Assembly: GCA_009695205.1 (NCBI GenBank)
Contig: SIBK01000009.1
Span: 4,964-68,963, forward strand
DNA: 64,000 nt
Direction: 5' to 3'
Source: Pedosphaera sp.
GTDB taxonomy: Bacteria > Verrucomicrobiota > Verrucomicrobiia > Limisphaerales > UBA9464
The position numbers and the translations under genes are program-made. Each line of letters begins with the position of its first letter. Position 1 is the first letter of the stretch. The notes under the pieces were generated by a model, which worked only from the letters and a program-made list of their open reading frames with translations, had not been told where the DNA came from and searched no databases. Shown here piece after piece: positions 57,721 through 64,000 of the stretch.

Positions 57721-60384
57721 ATGACCAATTCTTCCAACACTCGCGATCCCGAAAGGCAAAACAAGATGACAGGCCTCATCAACCGTTCCCCTGTTTCTAA
57801 GACGATCACCACAGCGGCAAACGCCCTGTGTCATCAAGGGTCCCGTCTCCTGCTAGGCACCCTGGCGCTTTTCGCACCGCTCTCTGCTCATGCTGTCGCC
57901 CAGGTACTGACATTTGGCGGTAACGCTCAGCATACTTCACTTTTTTCCACACCCGCCCAGAACTTGAACCGCATCAAGTGGACGGTCGATAACGATCAGA
58001 ATATTTCCGCAGACTTTGCTCACTACGGCTCCCCCTGATCACCGCCGCGAACACGGTAATCATGCCCGTCAAGACAGCCGCGAACGGCTTCCAGGTCGTG
58101 GCCCTCGACGGGACAACGGGAGTAACCAAGTACACGCTCACGACCGATTAGATTCTTCCTTCGGCAGATTGGATTCCTGTTTACCAACCGGTCATCACAG
58201 TCCCCCCACCGGCCCTCGTCTCTATTATCCGGGTGCCGGCGGAACCCTGTGGCACATTGACAATGCGGATTCAAGCACACCGGGAACGCCTGTTCGCGAA
58301 GTGTTTTATACATCCTTGGCGGGCTATCAGGCCGATGCCCCCAACTTTAACAGCACACTTTTCATCAATACTCCAATTACCGCCGCCACGGACGGCTCGG
58401 TGTATTTTGGTTTCCGAACTCAAGGCACCGCACCGGCACCGTTGAACACCAATCAGAGCGGTTTCGCGCGCATCGACTCATCTGGCAACGGAACCTATGT
58501 CCTGGCCAGCACGGCGGCCAAGGATGCCGCCATCGGCCGCGATTCGCACAATTCCGCCCCGGCCCTGAGCGCGGACGAAACGACGGTTTACATCGTGGTC
58601 AAGCCCCCGGCAAACAACGACTACGGCGGCTACCTCCTCGGACTCGATGCCGCCACCCTTGCGAACAAATACTCGGTGTTTCTTCGCGATCCCCACAACA
58701 ACAACCCGGGGGGGATTCTCGAACCAAGCACCGCCTCGGCAATGGTAGCGCCCGATGGGGATGTCTACCTCGGAATATTTGAAAATCCCTACAACGGCTC
58801 ACGAGGATTCCTGCTTCGCTTCAGCAATGACCTGTCAACCGAAAAGACGCCGGGCGCCTTCGGCTGGGACTATACTCCCGGGATCGTTCCGTCAAGCATG
58901 GTTCCATCCTACACGGGCGGTTCCAGCTATCTGCTTTTCGCTAAGTACAATAACTATGCGATCGGGGATGGTGCATCAACGCACCCGCTGTGGACCTGGC
59001 GAACAACTGTGTCCTCGTTCCTTCGGAGGACGGTCACGTCTACCGGTGGAATCTGGCTGTAAATTCGCTCTCCGAGGCGCTCCCCATATCCCCCGGCGTC
59101 GGACAGCCATACGTTCCAACCGTCATCGGACCCGACGGCACCGTGTTAACGTTAAATGGGGGAACGTTGTTTGCGCTGGGTGCGTACGACGGAGTCCGCA
59201 TCTCCTTGGCATCCTCCGCACCGGACATGCGGAATTGGGTCTTGGGTGAGAAGGTCACTTTCACCGTCACCGTGTCTTCGACCGGACTCTTGCTCAATGT
59301 CCCGACGGGATCGATCACGTTCACAGATTTAACCTATAACGGTCTTACACCGGTGACGACCGTGCTCGCCGACGATATCCCGCTGGACGCAAGCGGTCAA
59401 GCCTCCGTCACGACATTTTCTCTGGCGGCCGGCGGCAACTTCCTTGGCAATCACCGCATCACTGCGAGCTATAGGGGTGATGTCAACTTCACGGGCGGCA
59501 GCGCCCAGCGAGTTCAAAAAGTCCACGCCTACACCACGACGATGAGCGTAGCGTGCAGCAGTCCAGTGCTGTTTAGTCAGACGGTCCAATTCACGGCCAC
59601 AGTTAGTGCCGGCGTCGGAGTAACGACGGGCATGGTGATGTTCTGCGAGGGCTCGACAATTCTTGGCCAACGGCCGGTAAATGGATTGGGCGTCTGCTCA
59701 CTCACGATTGCGGGATTGTCTGCCACCAGCCACACCATTACAGCGACCTATGCCTCGGATACACGCTACGCCGCCAGTCGTGGCGATATAGCCCTAGTCG
59801 TCGAAGATGGCACAACCACCACCCTCGCATCCGGGCCCAACCCATCGAGCTTCGGCCAGTCCGTGGCGTTTACAGCGAGGGTTGCCGCTGTCCATGTCGG
59901 TGCCGGCATTCCCACGGGATGGGTCACATTTAAAAAAGGCGGCACCTCGCTTGGTACGGTCGCCGTAAACGCCGCAGGCAAGGCGGTATTGAATATCTCA
60001 AACCTTACCCCCGGCGCGCACGTGATCACCGCGACTTTCGCAGGTTCGAACGGCTGGGGTAACAGCAGCGGCAACACCGTGACACACACAGTGCTTGCCG
60101 ACACGACGCCTCCGACCATTCCGGGCGGGCTCACCGCCAGTTCCGGTCCGGCCAGGAAACAAATCACACTCGCATGGACAGGGTCGCCAGATGCCTCCGG
60201 AATCGCACGATACGAAGTGTACCAGGCTACGACTGAGTTCGGTGCTTACACCCTGATCTCTTGGCCGACTCCACCGACGACAAGTTATATCGTGACCTTG
60301 TCCAAGTCCGGACAGGTCCGCTGGTATTACGTTATCGCCGTGGATAATTTCGGAAATAATTCGGCCGCCTCCGTCAAGGTTTAG
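57721..60384 (+). pseudogene. Secreted protein: beta-propeller-like N-terminal region + Ig-like (Big_3-type) repeats + FN3-like C-terminus; three frameshifts and one in-frame stop
   Basis: ORFs 57664-58038, 58016-59062 and 58990-60384 plus an unlisted frame at 58035-58205. Signal peptide is LLLGTLALFAPLSAHA. Lesions: frameshift in the C5 run 58031-58035; in-frame TAG 58149-58151; frameshift in the C6 run 58202-58207; frameshift at ~58985. Ig-like repeats (VTFTVTVSS..., VQFTATVSAG..., VAFTARVAAV...) are followed by PPTIPGGLTASSG...ITLAWTGSPD...YEVY. Confidence 0.75.
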
Positions 60385-60411
60385 GGGAAATCTAAATAGG
60401 CGGCCCGGTCC

Positions 60412-61748
60412 ATGAAAGCGCCGATCGATAGTGCTCGTGGCGGGGTGAGAAATAACCACCACTTTTCTCGCCATTCGAGATTTTATCGGAGTGCTCTGGT
60501 GCTGGGAGCAGGGCTCCTGGTCGCCGCTGGGCAACCCGAGGAGGCTATCCTAGGCGAGGCGGAGGAAAAAATCATTCGATATAGCGTCGCTTCGGATTGG
60601 TCCGACCCTGTTACCCGGTTTCAAAAGCGATTGGAAAAGAGGGAGGCGAAGCTCCAATTTGAACCCCAGCACGGTTATCTGACCTCGTTGCTCCAGCAGT
60701 TGGGTGTCCGCGTTTCATTGCAAACGCTGGTCTTCTCAAAGACGAGTTCCCAGGCGGCGCACACTAATCCGTAGACACCCCGGGCCCTCTATTTCAATGA
60801 TGACACCTATATCGGATGGGTGCAGGGAGGTGAATCCATCGATGTCGTGGCCATCGATCCGAGGAAGGGTCCCATTTTTTACACCTTGAATCAACAAGCC
60901 GAACTATCGCCCCGCTTCGTACGCCACAATGAGTGCCTTACTCGGTGTCATCTGGGGCCGAAGACTCTCAATGTCCTGGGATTGTTTGTGCGCTCGGCGC
61001 TTACGGCACCGAGCGGGAAGCCGATCGAAGAGATCCGGAAATTTGTCGCCGGACACAACAGCCCACTTGGACAAAGGTGTGCCGGGTGGTATGTCATTGG
61101 CACTCATGCTGTCGACCAACACCTCGGCAATACCGTGCTTCCAGATTCGCATCGCCCACAAGTGTTTGATCCGAAAACAAGCTCCAACGTCACCGATCTG
61201 CGGTCTTTATTTGATACCAAAAACTATCTGTCATCGCACAGTGATGCCGTCGCCTTGATGGTTTTGGATCACGTCGTCCGGATGCAGAATTTAATTACCC
61301 AGGCAAGCTACGAAACTCGCCTATTTCTCGGGATTCCAGGGGCTGCTCCGACCGATTCCAAGGAAGGAATCGCCCGAGCCGGAGAGGCCCTGCTGACGTA
61401 CATGCTTTTCCGGGATGAGGCGCACCTCCAGGGTTCGGTTGCCGGCACGACGAGTTTCGCCCATGATTTTTCTGGAGTCGGTTCCCGGGATTCGAAAGGC
61501 CGTTCGCTGCGGGATTTCGATCTAAAAAAGAGACTATTCCGATATCCCTGCAGTTTCCTAATTCACTCGGAAGCCTTTGACGCCCTGCCCGGGAGATGAA
61601 GGCGTACCTCGTTCCGCGGCTCAACCAAATCCTGACTGGCAAGGACCAAAGCGGCTTGTACGGCACTCTGTCTAACGAGGATAGAATTGCCGTACGGCAG
61701 ATTTTAAGAGAGACCCAGCCCGATTTTCGTGCGTGGCTGGCGGAATAG
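60412..61748 (+). pseudogene. Conserved hypothetical exported protein, interrupted by an in-frame TAG and a frameshift
   Basis: ORFs 60412-60774 and 60820-61599 share one frame, separated by TAG at 60772-60774 (...AAHTNP*TPRALYFNDDTYIGWVQGG...). After the GGG run at 61591-61593 the sense continues in another frame (GEMKAYLVPRLNQILTGKDQSGLYGTLSNEDRIAVRQILRETQPDFRAWLAE) to TAG at 61746-61748. Confidence 0.6.
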
Positions 61749-61943
61749 AGGTTCCCATTTATTCCCACATCTATAAACAGAAGCACGGCCCTTTTCGCTT
61801 CGTAAGGGTACTTTTCACCCGAACGCGGTTCCGGCAGTGTGTCCGTCAGGGTCGCTGACGTCACAACCAAGAAGCGGGCGCTCAATTGCCAACGCAGGTT
61901 TAGCGCAGCGAGCTCTGCAGAGACTCTTGCCGTGTTTTGCAAT

Positions 61944-61967
61944 CTTTTGTTGCATATGCAACAAAAG
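61944..61967. promoter_or_regulatory. 24-bp perfect palindrome, possible operator site
   Basis: CTTTTGTTGCATATGCAACAAAAG is its own reverse complement. GTTGCA/TGCAAC half-site-like words recur within the next 70 bp. It lies in a 1.26-kb non-coding stretch. Function is unknown. Confidence 0.3.
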
Positions 61968-62351
61968 GTTGCGCGTTGCAGTGAACCGCAACCGGAGAGG
62001 GTTCATGCCTGCGCACCGAAGCTGTGACGTTGCAGTGGAGGGCTGGCGGCCAGTCCACCCGCAGAACGCCGAATATCAAAGGGGAATAGGTCGAGCGGAT
62101 AGGGGCCAGTTTTGGGTAGGGACGGGACCGTTTGATTTTTTTTGCGGTTGGACAAAACCGTGGTGAACGCCCCAGCCCTAGAGGTAAGCTACCTGACGTC
62201 GGATGTCCGAAGGATACGACACAGTGAAAAAATTGACCGAAGCTGGAGGCTGAAGGCTGGAGGGGGGCGAAGGGTTGGAGACCTTCAATATATCTTTTAT
62301 TCGCCTGTCGGTGGGCAATTCGCGGATCACAGGCAATAGCGATCCTTGCCG

Positions 62352-62505
62352 CAGTTCGCCAATGAGTGGGTGATGCTGCGAGCGGAGCTGCGGAGCAGCG
62401 CCAGAGAGTAGCCCATGGCGGGAGCCATAGGGCAGTGTTCACAAACTATCCAAGCCCCGCCAAGGGCGACAGAGACAAAGGACCGCATGACCCGTTGCGC
62501 AAACC
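62352..62505. repeat. Family A MITE fragment (internal part only, no termini)
   Basis: TTCGCCAATGAGTGGGTGATGCTGCGAGCGGAGCTGCGGAGCAGCGCCAGAGAGTAGCCCATGGCGGGAGCCATAGGG...CCGCCAAGGGCGACAGAG...GTTGCGCAAACCTCTGTC aligns by eye with the central ~155 bp of 52065-52400 and 2727-3060. Confidence 0.65.
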
Positions 62506-63012
62506 TCTGTCTGGACTCTTCTCTCACTCCTTCATCTTTCGGCGAGTTGGATTATATTTTTTATCAAGGTCGAATTTATACTCTTTGCGCACGGAAGCCG
62601 GCGCGGAGTCGCTCTCAACCTGCGAAACTAAACGAGCCCCTGTCCGGCTGCCGCGCCCCAGCGCGCGGACTGGGGCGGGAGGAGTCTTAACGGTGGATAC
62701 GGTTATGCCGGTTGAACTGTTCAACGAGACCGGGCGAGGTCTCGCTCCCTGCCAGATTGCAGGATCGCAGCGGTGGCTATCCGGTGTGGGGCAAGGTTGG
62801 CGACGTGCAGTACCGCTGACTTTAACCCTTTCCTGAGTTTCCGATTGGTTTCGCTTGAAGGGCGTGGCCCAGCAGTTCGCATTTTGGAAGGGTCAGCAGG
62901 CGGAGCGTCTGGTTTCCTTTCAGTTCAAAATGAGAATAGCTGGACAAAATTCTGTAGGAAGCAGGTAGAATTCCGTTGCGGAAGCTGGAGAAACCGGCGA
63001 TTAGAAGGGTCT

Positions 63013-63089
63013 CGGGACGTAGCTCAGCCCGGTAGAGCGCTTGGTTTGGGGCCAAGACGTCGCAGGTTCAAATCCTGTCGTCCCGACCA
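63013..63089 (+). tRNA. tRNA-Pro (anticodon UGG), CCA encoded
   Basis: Manual cloverleaf: acceptor CGGGACG/CGTCCCG; D arm GCTC-AGCCCGGTA-GAGC; anticodon arm CTTGG-TTTGGGG-CCAAG (anticodon TGG with G37); variable loop ACGTC; T arm GCAGG-TTCAAAT-CCTGT; discriminator A; CCA. Total 77 nt. Confidence 0.9.
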
Positions 63090-63179
63090 TTCCCACATCG
63101 CCCACATCGCCGAAGAGCGGAAAAGGGACAGGTACATTATTTTTCTTTTTCGTCGATTCCTGAATGTTTGCCCAGAGGA

Positions 63180-64000
63180 TCACGGACTCAGTCGAAACTG
63201 AATCGCGTAAAGGTCCGCGTCCCGGAGCACGAATCGCAGGCGCACCGGCTGACCGGCGAGTGCGTTCAAATTCGGCGCGGCCTTGCCCGGCCTAACCTTC
63301 CACTGCATCCCATGCTCGATTTTATCTCCCGTGAAGGGCTCGCAATCCTCGAGCGAAAAACCCTCGACTGCCGATCCGTTTGCGGACTGGATTTCGCAGC
63401 GCACCTCGCCCGAGGCGCCCGTGCTCGCATTGAGCACCAGTTGTCCGCCCTCGAAGCCGAGGGGTTTGGTCACCATCTCCCCCTGGATCGCTCCGGCGTG
63501 GACCGACGCAAAACCATCCACCCGCAACACATAACGGTCGCCGCTCCCGACGTGGTAGATCGACATTTCCTCTGGGCTGCTGGGCACAACATTGAGTGCC
63601 GCGTAATTAGCCCGGTTGCCCCAACGGGCCGAATCGAGCCCCGGCCGGATGAACGCTTCCAAAAACGGTCGCTCATATCGATCGAGCGAACGGGCGGACA
63701 TGAAGAGAATTTCCGTGCTGCTGCCCCGGTTTTCCATATACCGCGTCGGCAACGCGATCAGTATGTGCGGTGCGCGAAAATAGGGGTGTGTTTGGCTCGT
63801 GTACAGATGTTCGCCAGGCGCGTTTTGCGCAAGCGCGATGGGTTTTGACCACGTAACGAAATCGAGCGAAGTCGCAAGACTGATCGACCGCAGGCCATTT
63901 TTCCATGTTCGGAAGCAAGCAATGTACAGTTTTTCGACCGGCGACCAGAAAGCTACGTTCTGGGAATCAAATCCAAACTCGGTTAATCGGATGATCGGCT
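63180..64000 (-). CDS. Glycoside-hydrolase-like beta-propeller protein with C-terminal beta-sandwich; N-terminus lies beyond the window
   Basis: ORF 63180-63752 extends upstream without stops to the window edge (manual translation PIIRLTEFGFDSQNVAFWSPVEKLYIACFRTWKNGLRSISLATSLDFVTWSKPIAL...). The C-terminus (GGQLVLNASTGASGEVRCEIQSANGSAVEGFSLEDCEPFTGDKIEHGMQW...VRLRFVLRDADLYAIQF) is typical of GH32/43-like accessory domains. The family is not resolved. Confidence 0.45.
   Translation of the reverse strand, partial: PIIRLTEFGFDSQNVAFWSPVEKLYIACFRTWKNGLRSISLATSLDFVTWSKPIALAQNAPGEHLYTSQTHPYFRAPHILIALPTRYMENRGSSTEILFMSARSLDRYERPFLEAFIRPGLDSARWGNRANYAALNVVPSSPEEMSIYHVGSGDRYVLRVDGFASVHAGAIQGEMVTKPLGFEGGQLVLNASTGASGEVRCEIQSANGSAVEGFSLEDCEPFTGDKIEHGMQWKVRPGKAAPNLNALAGQPVRLRFVLRDADLYAIQFRLSP

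Noticed and set aside
61749-63089. Integrated prophage or genomic island at tRNA-Pro
   Set aside because: No integrase, no phage or conjugation genes, and no duplicated copy of the tRNA 3' end that I could spot by eye. Only non-coding DNA and a MITE fragment lie upstream, and a hydrolase-like gene lies downstream.
62773-63201. 142-aa ORF overlapping the tRNA
   Set aside because: It runs straight through the tRNA-Pro gene and has no coding signature.

Overview
This is a GC-rich segment (about 57% in flanking lines I counted). Its gene content looks typical of the PVC superphylum (Verrucomicrobiota/Planctomycetota-like): PSCyt/DUF1549/DUF1553 + DUF1501 pairs, a DUF1800 + DUF1501 pair, sulfatases, prepilin/H-X9-DG-type proteins and TAT-signal oxidoreductases. 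I read about 23 apparently intact protein genes. They include a sugar-phosphate isomerase, a CDF transporter, an SbcD/YhaO-like nuclease with a 1183-aa YhaN/SbcC-like ATPase, ggt, a Gfo/Idh/MocA oxidoreductase, VapBC, a CuA subunit II, SCO, a YfhO-like membrane protein, an acyl-CoA desaturase, a TolC-like OMP, a DAACS symporter, an SDR, a two-domain sulfatase fusion and leuA. There is one tRNA-Pro(UGG). About 15 loci read as pseudogenes, through in-frame TAG/TGA/TAA codons, frameshifts (often in homopolymer runs), internal deletions and one MITE insertion. Two dispersed repeat families are present. Family A is a ~335-bp MITE-like element with terminal inverted repeats; one copy sits inside a DUF748 gene with a perfect 10-bp target-site duplication. 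Family B is a ~45-110-bp hairpin (REP-like) element at three intergenic loci. The most unusual coding content is a respiratory cluster at 21.3-28.4 kb. It holds a decayed heme-copper-oxidase (HCO) subunit I paralog, a 36-aa TM peptide, a CuA subunit II, a B-family-like subunit I that lacks the cross-link tyrosine, an SCO chaperone, and a fusion of di-heme cytochrome b, 2x[4Fe-4S] ferredoxin and an MvhD-like domain. I saw no rRNA, CRISPR array, transposase, integrase or prophage genes. All calls rest on the supplied ORF translations plus my own manual translation. No searches were run, so family names are recognition by eye and coordinates of lesions may be off by a few bases.
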